From Ostreococcus lucimarinus (lineage: Eukaryota), in the NCBI GenBank assembly GCA_000092065.1, contig CP000596.1: a stretch of DNA of 64,000 nucleotides, one strand, 5' to 3'. A program made the position numbers and the translations under genes. The notes under the pieces were generated by a model that had not been told where the DNA came from, searched no databases, and was given only the letters and a program-made list of their open reading frames with translations. Of the stretch, positions 1 through 8,962 are shown piece after piece; position 1 is the stretch's first letter; every line of letters begins with the position of its first letter.

Positions 1-194
1 CGTCACCAGCACCACCGCGCCGTGCTCTTCGCATCGCGTCGCGATCGTCGCGGCGTCGCAGTCGCAGTCGTCGTATCGACGCGCGTCGCCCACGCGCTCG
101 AGCGAAGTCCAGTCGAGCGCGTCGTCGAAGTCCACGCGCGAAGCGTTGACGACGACGATCGTCGCGCGCGAATCCATGGCGCGCGCGGCAAATA

Positions 195-1586
195 ATGACG
201 ACGGCGGATCGCGGCGCGACGACGATGCCGCGGTCGATCGCGCGCGAGCGCGAGGCGTTCGCGCGATGGCGCGACGCGCACGCGACGCGCGCGACGTCGC
301 CGACGCGCGAGCGACGCGACGGGAGGTTCGAACGCGCGGCGGATTACCTCGCGCACTACCTGAAGCGGTCGAGGCGACGCGCGAGCGAGGACTACGAGGC
401 GTACTGCCTGTGCATGTGCGAGCGCGCGAGGGACGAGAGAGACGCGGAGGAGGAGTTTTATTACTACGGCGAACTCGTGCGGGCGGGCGCGCGAGGGGCG
501 CGGCGGGCGGGGCGACGGGGCGAGGGCGAACGCGAGCGAGGCGGCGCGCGAGAGCTCGTCGATTTACGGTTGAGACGGGTGATGGATTTAGGTTTCGCGT
601 TGGAGGGGACGGACGCGAGCGCGGGAGCGCGGATGCACTTGGTGGCGAGCGAGTATTACGCGTGGTTTCGCGAGGATTGCTCGGAGGCGGCGCTCGAACA
701 CGCGGGACTGGCGCTGCGATTGGCGAAGGCGTCGGCGGACGGCGCGGCGGCGGTCGAGCAACAGATCGACGCGCTCAGGGTGATGAAGAGCACGCAGGCT
801 CGGGAGGGGAACATGTACGAAGCCGTGGCGCTGGGAGCGCGTTTCGTCGCGCTGGCGCGAAGCGCGTACCACGCCGAGGATGGCGACGAGCGAACGGTGG
901 ACGACACCGTGCGCTTCGTCAAGCGACTGTTCGAGCACGCGATGATGCTTCGCGGATGGCGCGAGCGACCGGCGAGACCGTTGACGGCGCCCGAGTTAGA
1001 GCGATATGCCGCCGATATCCTCAAAGAGGCGAAATCCGCGCTCGAGGAGGCACCGGCTCACGCGTCCAAGGATTGGCGCAGTCACGCCGGCGCGCGCAAG
1101 CTGTACGTCGCCGTGCTGTGTCACCTCGCAGACTTGTGCGAAAATCACCTCGATTCGAGCCACGTCATCGTCGAAGACGACGACATCGAGGCGTTTTCGC
1201 ACAAGAGCCATCGTCTGCACCGCGCGCTCGCCGTCGGCTACCGAACCCTCGCGAGCACCGTCGCGCCGCGCTTATTCGAGCGTCCGTGCTGCTTCTGCGG
1301 TCTTCCCCTCGTCAAGAGTGGTACATGCATTCTCGACGACGCCTTCGACTCCGACCGCGACGCCGTCGCCCTCGTTACCCTCGCGTGCGACGCGCGCGAG
1401 CCGCACCACTTCCACGTTCGATGTCGTCTCGCCGCCGTCGACGCCGACGAGGCCCACGCGGACCGTTCGTTGGAGCGCGGTTTACCCTGTCGTTTCTGCG
1501 TCCACGGCGACGACGCGAGCGACGAAGACGAAGACGAAGACGAAGACGAAGACGAAGCGAGCGACGACGACGCGCGCTCGCCGTAG
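195..1586 (+). CDS. Hypothetical protein with C-terminal RING-like zinc finger (C-x-C ... H-x-H-x2-C ... C-x2-C) and acidic (DE)n tail
   Basis: 463-aa ORF with ordinary (non-Arg-biased) amino-acid composition. The cysteine/histidine cluster CCFCG...HHFHVRC...CRFCVH sits near the C-terminus. A (GACGAA)n repeat at about 1500-1560 encodes the acidic tail. The overlapping 146..1591 ORF is a GC-frame artefact. Confidence 0.5.
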   Translation: MTTADRGATTMPRSIAREREAFARWRDAHATRATSPTRERRDGRFERAADYLAHYLKRSRRRASEDYEAYCLCMCERARDERDAEEEFYYYGELVRAGARGARRAGRRGEGERERGGARELVDLRLRRVMDLGFALEGTDASAGARMHLVASEYYAWFREDCSEAALEHAGLALRLAKASADGAAAVEQQIDALRVMKSTQAREGNMYEAVALGARFVALARSAYHAEDGDERTVDDTVRFVKRLFEHAMMLRGWRERPARPLTAPELERYAADILKEAKSALEEAPAHASKDWRSHAGARKLYVAVLCHLADLCENHLDSSHVIVEDDDIEAFSHKSHRLHRALAVGYRTLASTVAPRLFERPCCFCGLPLVKSGTCILDDAFDSDRDAVALVTLACDAREPHHFHVRCRLAAVDADEAHADRSLERGLPCRFCVHGDDASDEDEDEDEDEDEASDDDARSP

Positions 1587-1756
1587 ATTAGATAGCGCAT
1601 AGCACGTAGCGGACGCCGCGGCGGGGCCTGAAAAAAATATTCACATCTCAAATCTCGCCACGCGTCAAATCCGCGGAAAAGCGCCGTCGTCGACGCGAGA
1701 TCGCGATCTTAAATAGAGTTTCATGGCCTTCGACGCGCACTGAATACGTAAACAGC

Positions 1757-1798
1757 GATCGACCGCGCTGACGCGGAATCGCGTCAGCGCGGTCGATC
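1757..1798. other. Perfect 19-bp inverted repeat with 4-nt loop (hairpin) downstream of the first gene
   Basis: gatcgaccgcgctgacgcg-gaat-cgcgtcagcgcggtcgatc. Confidence 0.8.
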
Positions 1799-2076
1799 GA
1801 CGCGGACGCGACGCGCCGCACGACGCGACGCGCGAACGTGCGCGCGGTCGACGGCGGTGAAGGCGCGAGCGCGTAAATACGCGGACGCGGCGCGCGGACG
1901 CGGAGACGCGAATCGCGGAGAAGCGACGCGCGCGGACGCGAATCGTGAAGGACAATCACCCCCGCGTCGCGAACGAGACGGATTCGATTGACGCGGACTG
2001 TCGCCGACGCGACGACGGGCGACGCGCGGGAGACGCGGGAAACGAAGGGCGGAAATAGTGCGAATTTTGGACGCGG

Positions 2077-3645
2077 GTGAGGGCGAAAAGACGCGGGACG
2101 ACGATGTCGAACGGGTTCGGCTTCGGCTTCGCCCCGAGCGGGGCGGCGACGGCGACGCCCGCGGCGCGCGAGGAACGCGGACGAGGGGCGAATGATCTGA
2201 GCGCGATGTTTGAATTGGCGGCGGGAATGCCGTTTCCGAGTAAGGAACACGTTGGGGAATCGCTCAAGGCGCTGGGGGAGGTGTGGCCGATGGTGTTCGC
2301 GAGCCTCGTGGCGGCGTTTTACGTGCTGTGGCACCCTCGATTCGGGGCGCTCGCGCGAGGGTTTCGGATGCAGATGCTGACGAGTTCGTGGCCGGGGGCG
2401 CGGTGGACGTGGATGGCGGTGAGTTCGGTGGTGACGACGCGATCGATAGTGATTTGGTTGGCGCACCGGAACGTGGTGGTGAGGAGAATCGTGGAAGTCA
2501 CCGGTCTCGCCGTGGCCCTGGACGCGAGGAGAGGTCGAAGACAATCGAGGAATAAGGAGCACTCGTCTAAGCGGTGTCACCAAGATAAGTACTCCGATGT
2601 CGGACACGAGCCGACGACTTTCGCGAGCGGAGTTACGGACGTGGTGCAAAGGATCGATTACGAGCGATTCAAAGCGCGCATAGGGTGCCTTCCGGCGGGC
2701 GTGCCTCGCGAAGACACGGGCGAGTGGCAGCTGATGATGGATCGTACTGAGGAAACGAATAATTGTCACTACAAGGCTTGGAGACACATTCTGCCGTACG
2801 GTGGCACGGAATATCTCTCGGTAAGCTTGTTCGAGAACGCCACGGCGGAGGAGATTTGTGACTTTTACAACTCTGACGTGACTCGTGAAAAATGGGACGG
2901 GTTGCTTCTGAAGCAACATTGCATCGACAAGGATCCGCGAACGGGCGCGGAGGTCTTATTCTGGGAGCGTCAGCTTCCAGTCATTAGCAATCGCGATTAC
3001 GTCTTTAGTCGACGTACGTGGAAGGATGGCGAGTGTTACTTCACCATCACAAAGGGCTTGCATCACCCGAGTCAACCAGAGAATCCGAAAGTGATTCGGG
3101 TCGATCCGTACTTTAGCGCTTGGCGCATGCGCACGATTCCGGGGAAAGTCCCCGGCACGTTCGCGGCTGAGTGCGTGTTGCTGCACTTTGAGGAACAAAA
3201 AGTGCAGCAAGACGTGGCGCGCATGGCGGTGAGACATGGAATGTGGGGCGTGGTGAAAAACCTGTGCTCGGGATTCCGTGACTTCCAAGACACGCGTAAT
3301 CAAGAAGAAGCGACGCAAGACGCTGGTGGCGTGAGTCTTAGACGCCCAGACGACTTGAGTAAGGAAATGAGAGGTTTCCGCACACGCATGAAGAAGACGA
3401 TTGGTTTCGCGCTACCCGTCCTCTTGGGCGTTTTGATCGCCCAGCAAGGCACTGGCAACCTCTTCGACGTCTTCACACATGCAAAACGTGGCTTAGTGGT
3501 GGTTCAATCCGCCCATCGGCGACGACGCACGCTCAAGGCTCTTCAAACAGCCGGCGTGGTCGCCGCCGCCGCAGTGGCCGAACGCGTCGGCGAACGAGCG
3601 GCGGAAGACTCGGCCGGGGAAGACTTCTCGGTTGAGCAAGTTTAG
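2077..3645 (+). CDS. START (StAR-related lipid-transfer) domain protein with N-terminal transmembrane segment
   Basis: 522-aa ORF. The middle and C-terminal region has START-like blocks (DYVFSRRTWKDGECYFTITKG, RVDPYFSAWRMRTIPG, FAAECVLLHFEEQ). A hydrophobic N-terminal helix (VWPMVFASLVAAFYVLW) is present. The antisense ORF 1648..2919 is R/P-rich and rejected. Confidence 0.7.
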   Translation: MRAKRRGTTMSNGFGFGFAPSGAATATPAAREERGRGANDLSAMFELAAGMPFPSKEHVGESLKALGEVWPMVFASLVAAFYVLWHPRFGALARGFRMQMLTSSWPGARWTWMAVSSVVTTRSIVIWLAHRNVVVRRIVEVTGLAVALDARRGRRQSRNKEHSSKRCHQDKYSDVGHEPTTFASGVTDVVQRIDYERFKARIGCLPAGVPREDTGEWQLMMDRTEETNNCHYKAWRHILPYGGTEYLSVSLFENATAEEICDFYNSDVTREKWDGLLLKQHCIDKDPRTGAEVLFWERQLPVISNRDYVFSRRTWKDGECYFTITKGLHHPSQPENPKVIRVDPYFSAWRMRTIPGKVPGTFAAECVLLHFEEQKVQQDVARMAVRHGMWGVVKNLCSGFRDFQDTRNQEEATQDAGGVSLRRPDDLSKEMRGFRTRMKKTIGFALPVLLGVLIAQQGTGNLFDVFTHAKRGLVVVQSAHRRRRTLKALQTAGVVAAAAVAERVGERAAEDSAGEDFSVEQV

Positions 3646-3772
3646 ACAATCTTATGACGTCGTAGCACATTCACGCACGCTATTTCACGCACATATCGCG
3701 ATGTCATGTACCAATAGCGCTTCCGTATTGAATACAAGAATTACACTCTCGTTGCACTCCTATTTGTTGTAG

Positions 3773-4663
3773 CTAAACGTCGCACTTGCGCTCGACGATT
3801 TCTATGAGCTCGCACAATTCAGAATCGTCTTCACCATCCGTTCGACGCTCGCGAGCCATTCCTTCCAACACGTTCAACAACCTGGGCGCCGTCGTGAACA
3901 CGTCTTCGTTTTCTTCATCCCCCCCCAGATCCTCTCCGTCCGCCGGCGGCGTCAACGCGTCCTCCACCGCCGCCGCGCGCTCCGCGCCTCGCGGTATCGT
4001 CAGCAACACCTCCGCTATCCTCCGCTCCGGCGCTACAGATTTCAAACTCTCGAACTCTTTCGCCCCGATCTTCGCCCGTCCCGCGATTTCCGTGATCGCA
4101 TTCCTTCGAGACGTCTCGTTTAACGCCGACTGCTTCGCCGCGTTCGACTCCCCCGTCGTCGCGAGCGCGCTCGCCATCGCCCCCCACCGTCGTCGCAATT
4201 CCTCGCCCTGCGCCGTCGTCAGCCCAGTCTCCGTCGTCGTTTCGTCCAGCATCGCTCCCGGAAGCGCGATCGCGGCGTTCGCGATGATCTCATCCATCGC
4301 GTACTCGGCGCGCGCCGCCGCCGCCGCGCACGTCTCGTCCAGCGCCCGCGCCTCGGCCGCTCTCCCCCCCCGCTCCAACGCGCGCACGCGCGCCTCCGCG
4401 ACGTCGAAGAACGTCACCGTGAGTCCATCGCGTCGCGCGCGCACCAGATCGTCGAACGCGCCGTCGCCCGCGTCCCGCGCGCGCGCGAGTTCGTCCAACA
4501 GCGTCGTCGCCGCCGTCGCGTCGTCGTCGTCGTCGTCGTCGCGTCGCGGCGCCGTCGCTCGACGCCGCGTCGACGCCGTCGCCGGCGCGCGCCTCGATCG
4601 CGCGCGTCGAGCGCTCGACGCATCGCCGCGCCTCGCGACGGCGTCGAGACGGGCGACGCGCAT
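3773..4663 (-). CDS. Hypothetical protein (no recognisable domain)
   Basis: 296-aa ORF with balanced composition, D/E-rich and ending ...ELCELIEIVERKCDV. The overlapping plus-strand ORF 3786..4775 is a Ser/Ala-rich frame artefact. Confidence 0.4.
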   Translation of the reverse strand: MRVARLDAVARRGDASSARRARSRRAPATASTRRRATAPRRDDDDDDDATAATTLLDELARARDAGDGAFDDLVRARRDGLTVTFFDVAEARVRALERGGRAAEARALDETCAAAAARAEYAMDEIIANAAIALPGAMLDETTTETGLTTAQGEELRRRWGAMASALATTGESNAAKQSALNETSRRNAITEIAGRAKIGAKEFESLKSVAPERRIAEVLLTIPRGAERAAAVEDALTPPADGEDLGGDEENEDVFTTAPRLLNVLEGMARERRTDGEDDSELCELIEIVERKCDV

Positions 4664-4976
4664 CGCCGCGTCGAGTGCCGGCGAACGCCCGTGGCGTGGG
4701 AAACCTTCGATGCGTTCGATTCGTTCGATCGATCGATCGAATCGAACGAACGAACGAATCGAATCGATCCAATGAATCGCTCGAATCGCTCGAATCGAAC
4801 ACTACCTATATCTTTATACGTACACATGACACATACTGTACACCACCTTAATACCAACAAACCATCTCGCGAGAACACCCCGCGCGCTTTTTCGCACCGC
4901 GGAACCCTTTTCACTAAGACGACGATACACGCGCGTCTCATGGCGTTCGCGCGCGTCTCAATACGCGACGCGCGCA

Positions 4977-7007
4977 TTGAGACGCGGACGCGCGTCGACC
5001 GCGAACGCGACCGCAGACGGCGCCGCGGCGCGCGCGCGCGCGATGGCGCGACGGAAACCGCGCGACGACGACGACGACGACGACGCGAAGACCGCGAGCG
5101 ACGACGACGACGCGCGTCGCGATGGGATCACGCGGGCGCGGGTGACGACGCGCGACGACGAAAGGGCGAGGGGGCGAGACGAGCGCGAAAAGACGCGCGG
5201 GACGTCGGCGACGGGACGCGGCGACGGGAGCGCGACGACGAGCGCGAAGAGCTCGGAGGCGGAGGAGATGGACATCGTGCGAGAGATGATCGATATATCG
5301 GTGGGCGAGGCGCGAGGGCGCGGGAAGGGGGGCGGGACGCGAGGGGACGCGCGCGCGGAGAAGGCGACGACGCGGTCGGGGACGGCGCGGGCGCGGGAGA
5401 TGGCGAAAGCGGCGGCGGAGACGACGGGGGGGGGTAAGGAGACGTCGGCGATGGGGAATTCGAGCTCGGGGAGCGATGATAATAACGCGACGGCGACGAC
5501 GACGCGGTTGGGCGAGGGGAAGTACGCGCTCGGAGGACACCGCGCGTTTTCGCCCGCGTTATCGTCCCCGCGCAGGATGAATTCCGTGCTGAAAGGGTCA
5601 CCGAGAAACGCAGAAAAGGTGCGGACGTTGCTCAGCCGCCGTACCGGGAAGGATCTCGCGCAAGGAGGCGGAGGGTTTGATTTTAGCGCGTCGCCGCTCA
5701 AGCGAAGCGAGTCGAGCGTGGACATGGCGATGAGCGACGTGAGCGACGGTAGCGAAGCGTCGGCGACGACGGTTGCGGGTCATTCCGAGCATCAACGCGC
5801 GAATTATCTCAGAGGAACGGCCAGCGCTTTGGATTTACGAGAGTTGACGAGACAGCAACCCGAAGTCGCGCCGCTGCAGTTGTCGCACATCGGAGGTCAG
5901 GAGCGCGCCAAGCAGAGAGAAAAGCCGAAGACGCGAGAGGAACAGCGCGGAAACTTGGGTAGCGAATTTGTCGAGGCTGAGTACGCAGAAGGTGTTCCAG
6001 ACTCAGGAATGATGAAAAACGCGACGTTCAGAGACTTCATCATCCTTCGCGAGCTCGGGCGTGGATTGTGCGGCACCGTGTACTTGGCCAAGTATCGCTT
6101 CACCGATCAACTCGTGGCGTTCAAGGTTATGCGAAAGCAAAAGCTCATTGACGTTGGAGAGATTCGACACGCCGTTCGCGAGCGCGAGGTGCACGCGACG
6201 ATAAATCAAGGCCCGTTCATCGATAAGCTTTTGCATGCGTACCAGGACAAATGGGCGTTGTATTTAGTGCTCGAGTACGCCCCGTGTGGAGACTTGTTTC
6301 AGGCGATGAATTATCACGGTTTGCCCACGCTGCAGGACGCTAAGATGTACACCACCCAATGTGCGCTGGCGCTCGATTATATTCACAGATGCGGGTACGT
6401 TTATCGAGATTTGAAGCCAGAGAATATTCTGTTGGACGTCAACGGGAGCGTGCGACTCGCTGATTTTGGCATGGCAAAGAAGTTGGACGACGGCGAACGC
6501 GCGTTTACAATTTGCGGTACGGCGCAGTACATGTCGCCAGAAGTACTGACGCACCGAGGCTGTCGATTTGAAGCCGACATATGGGCGCTGGGGGTTTTGA
6601 TTTACGAGTTATGCAGCGGCGGAACGCCATTCGGCGCGGACAAAGACTCTCGCCAGGAGCTCTATCGTCGATTGATGCATCACCGTAACGAAAGCATGAC
6701 ATTTCCGCCCTGGTTCGACGCCGATACGTGTTCCATCGTCAAGTCTTTCCTACACGAAGACGAAACGCAACGCTTAGGTTATGGTGGCGCTTTCTCGCTC
6801 ATCTTTGACCATCCTTGGTTCGCGCCCACGCGAGCCATGGACGTCTTGAGCGGGGCGCGCGCACCTTTGCTTCAGCCTCGTCGTCGTAACATCGTGTACG
6901 ATATGAAGCTTCGCGAATGCATCACTCAAGGCGAAATTCCATGGGAGTGCGGTTCTGTCGTCACCGACCCAGCCCACTGCGAAATCTACCGCACGTTTGG
7001 CGCGTGA
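4977..7007 (+). CDS. AGC-family serine/threonine protein kinase (PKA-like catalytic domain) with long disordered N-terminal region
   Basis: All kinase subdomains are present: GxGxxG (LGRGLCGTVY), VAFK, HRDLKPENILL, DFG, SPE, and the AGC-type C-terminal extension (FDHPWFAP). The N-terminal ~340 aa is low complexity, including poly-D from a (GAC)n repeat. The start codon is uncertain. Confidence 0.85.
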   Translation: MRRGRASTANATADGAAARARAMARRKPRDDDDDDDAKTASDDDDARRDGITRARVTTRDDERARGRDEREKTRGTSATGRGDGSATTSAKSSEAEEMDIVREMIDISVGEARGRGKGGGTRGDARAEKATTRSGTARAREMAKAAAETTGGGKETSAMGNSSSGSDDNNATATTTRLGEGKYALGGHRAFSPALSSPRRMNSVLKGSPRNAEKVRTLLSRRTGKDLAQGGGGFDFSASPLKRSESSVDMAMSDVSDGSEASATTVAGHSEHQRANYLRGTASALDLRELTRQQPEVAPLQLSHIGGQERAKQREKPKTREEQRGNLGSEFVEAEYAEGVPDSGMMKNATFRDFIILRELGRGLCGTVYLAKYRFTDQLVAFKVMRKQKLIDVGEIRHAVREREVHATINQGPFIDKLLHAYQDKWALYLVLEYAPCGDLFQAMNYHGLPTLQDAKMYTTQCALALDYIHRCGYVYRDLKPENILLDVNGSVRLADFGMAKKLDDGERAFTICGTAQYMSPEVLTHRGCRFEADIWALGVLIYELCSGGTPFGADKDSRQELYRRLMHHRNESMTFPPWFDADTCSIVKSFLHEDETQRLGYGGAFSLIFDHPWFAPTRAMDVLSGARAPLLQPRRRNIVYDMKLRECITQGEIPWECGSVVTDPAHCEIYRTFGA

Positions 7008-7545
7008 AGCGCGCCTTTATTCTTTCATTTTTCCCGCCGCATCAGCGTGCGGCACGAGCGAAACCACTACAGACGACGACGACGACACGTCTCGTCAATT
7101 TTCAACATTGATTCGATTTTTTCAACGTCTGCTGCGATGCATCACGCAGCAGACGTCCCACGACGAAGATGAAGACTACGGCGCTTCGCGTTCGCCGCTT
7201 CGTCCCGCCGCGCGGCGCGGCGTTAGACGCCCGCCCATTTTTGTATAGAATGTCAAACGCATTGTGCCACGCGTCGCGCCGTCGCGCATCGCCTTTCGTT
7301 CTCGCCCGTTTCCCTCGTCGTCGCTCGTCGTTCGCGCGCTCGACGCCGCGCGCGTCGTCGTCGAGCTCGAATCGTCCAATCGTCGCCGATCCGCGGCGAC
7401 CGCGTCCAGCGCTCGATCACGCGCGCGCGCGAGAAACCTCCGCGCGCGCGATCGATCGCGGCGTCGTGTGGGCAAACAGTTCGAGCGCGGCGACCGACCG
7501 GAAGATTTGACCGTTCGAAAAAAAACTCGCAGGCCCCGTGGCGCT

Positions 7546-7573
7546 GACGTCGCCGCGCGCGCGCGGCGACGTC
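7546..7573. promoter_or_regulatory. 28-bp perfect palindrome containing two CRE-like TGACGTC half-sites, about 20 nt upstream of the DEK_C-HMG-SWIB start codon
   Basis: gcTGACGTCgccgcgcgcgcgcggcGACGTCAaa. Confidence 0.6.
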
Positions 7574-7590
7574 AAACCCGCGCGCGCGCC

Positions 7591-8683
7591 ATGGACGCGA
7601 ACGAACACGACGACGCGATGGAGGACACGCAGCGCCAGATCGCGAGACTGCTCCCGGACATCATCCGCGGCGCAGACTTGGAAAAGGCGACCGTGCGGAC
7701 GCTGCAAAAGTCGCTGGAGGATTCGTTGGGACGGGATTTGGGCGAACACAAAAACTTTATACGCGCCGAGGTGCGAGCTCGAGCGCGCGCGCGATCGAGA
7801 AGAGACGCCCGCGCGATGATTGATTCGCGGTTTGGTGCGGTTTGGGAGGGATTCGACGCGCGACATCGACGACGTTGCGTGAATTTTGGTTTAAGATCGT
7901 TGAGAGGAATGATTGAATTCGCCGCGCGACGACGGCGGCGCCGGCGCTCTCGGACGAGCGCGCGGTGTGGAACGCTCGATGACTGACGCACGCGATGCGC
8001 TTTAACCGTGGCAGGTGGAACACTTCTTGAAGGGTGCGGTAACGAAGAAAAGGGCGGCCTTGGATGAGGAGGGTTCGAAGGGCAAAAAGGCCAAGGCGCA
8101 GAAAAAAACGGGTCGGGGCAAGACGAAGGAATTAGTGGACCCAACTCGACCGAAAGGACCGAAAGGGGCGTACATGTGTTTTGTGAGTGCGCGAAGATCA
8201 CAAATTAAGGATGCAAACCCCGATATGACGTTCCCAGATATCGCTCGCGAGCTCGGTGTGGAGTGGAAGACGATGTCGGAGGCGAGTCGCCATCGGTACG
8301 AACAAATGGCAGAGTTGGATAAAGATCGATACACGCGGGAGATGTTGTCCTACGTTCCCTTGAGTGATGAAAAGATGCAGGAATTGAGAGAACAACAAAG
8401 CAGGCGAAAGGCCGCGGGGGGTCTCCAAGTCATGTACCACTGTTCGCCCGAGCTCACAGCGTTTCTCGGCGGCGCGAAGACGATAAACCGCAAGGAACTC
8501 ACGACGAGAATCTGGAAGTATTTCCGTGAGCATAATTTGATGGATCCAATCAACAAGCGATTCATTGTCCCAGATACGAAATTGTCCAAGCTTTTGAAGC
8601 TTCAAGACGGCGAAAGATTCCTTGCGTTCACCGTCAGTCGCTACCTCAATCCGCACTTGGTGAAGAAAGTTGAGAGTCAGTGA
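7591..8683 (+). CDS. Chromatin protein with DEK_C + HMG-box + SWIB/MDM2 domains; two exons (7591..7770 and 8015..8683)
   Basis: Exon 2 (8015..8683) has an HMG box (PKGPKGAYMCF...RYEQMAELDKDRYTREM) and a SWIB domain (ELTAFLGGAKTINRKELTTRIWKYFREHNLMDP...). Exon 1 encodes MDANEHDDAMEDTQRQIARLLPDIIRGADLEKATVRTLQKSLEDSLGRDLGEHKNFIRAE, which is DEK_C-like. A GAG|GTGCGAG donor at 7770/7771, a CTGAC branch about 28 nt before the CAG acceptor at 8014, and an in-frame phase-0 join support the splice. The ORF downstream of the donor degrades to R-rich text. Confidence 0.65.
7771..8014 (+). other. Intron (GTGCGAG donor, gACTGACg branch, CAG acceptor), about 244 nt
   Basis: Read directly from the sequence. 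The flanking exons join in frame to give a DEK_C-HMG-SWIB protein. Confidence 0.6.
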
Positions 8684-8962
8684 TACCAACATTGGTCACT
8701 ATTTTTAAGAACCCTAGGGTGCGAGTAATGAGTTTTCAGTTTGACTTGCGGTAGCATGAGTTTGAGTCGACGAACCAAGTTTTGAAATAAACACCGATTG
8801 AGCACCATATCCACCAAGCCCTCCTTCATTCGACATTCCGAGGTGTTGTCGCCAACGACGCGTTTCCTCGTGAATACGCGAGGGAGCTTCACTCCAAGGC
8901 TCGTCGACCTGAATTCAGTTTCGTGGCGACTTAATCTTGATAATACGATCATTCCTGGCATT

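Noticed and set aside
146-1591. 481-aa plus-strand ORF overlapping the first gene in another frame
   Set aside because: Extreme Arg/Gly/Ala composition (RRRRRR runs). This is a typical alternative-frame artefact of GC-rich coding DNA.
1648-2919. 423-aa minus-strand ORF antisense to the START-domain gene
   Set aside because: R/P/H-rich low complexity with no domain. The plus-strand ORF has a clear START domain.
3786-4775. 329-aa plus-strand ORF
   Set aside because: Ser/Ala-rich low complexity. The opposite strand (3773..4663) has protein-like composition.
8690-8760. GTGCGAG donor-like motif after the HMG-SWIB stop codon
   Set aside because: No downstream branch or acceptor and no coding exon follows in frame. 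It is probably a chance occurrence in the 3' UTR.
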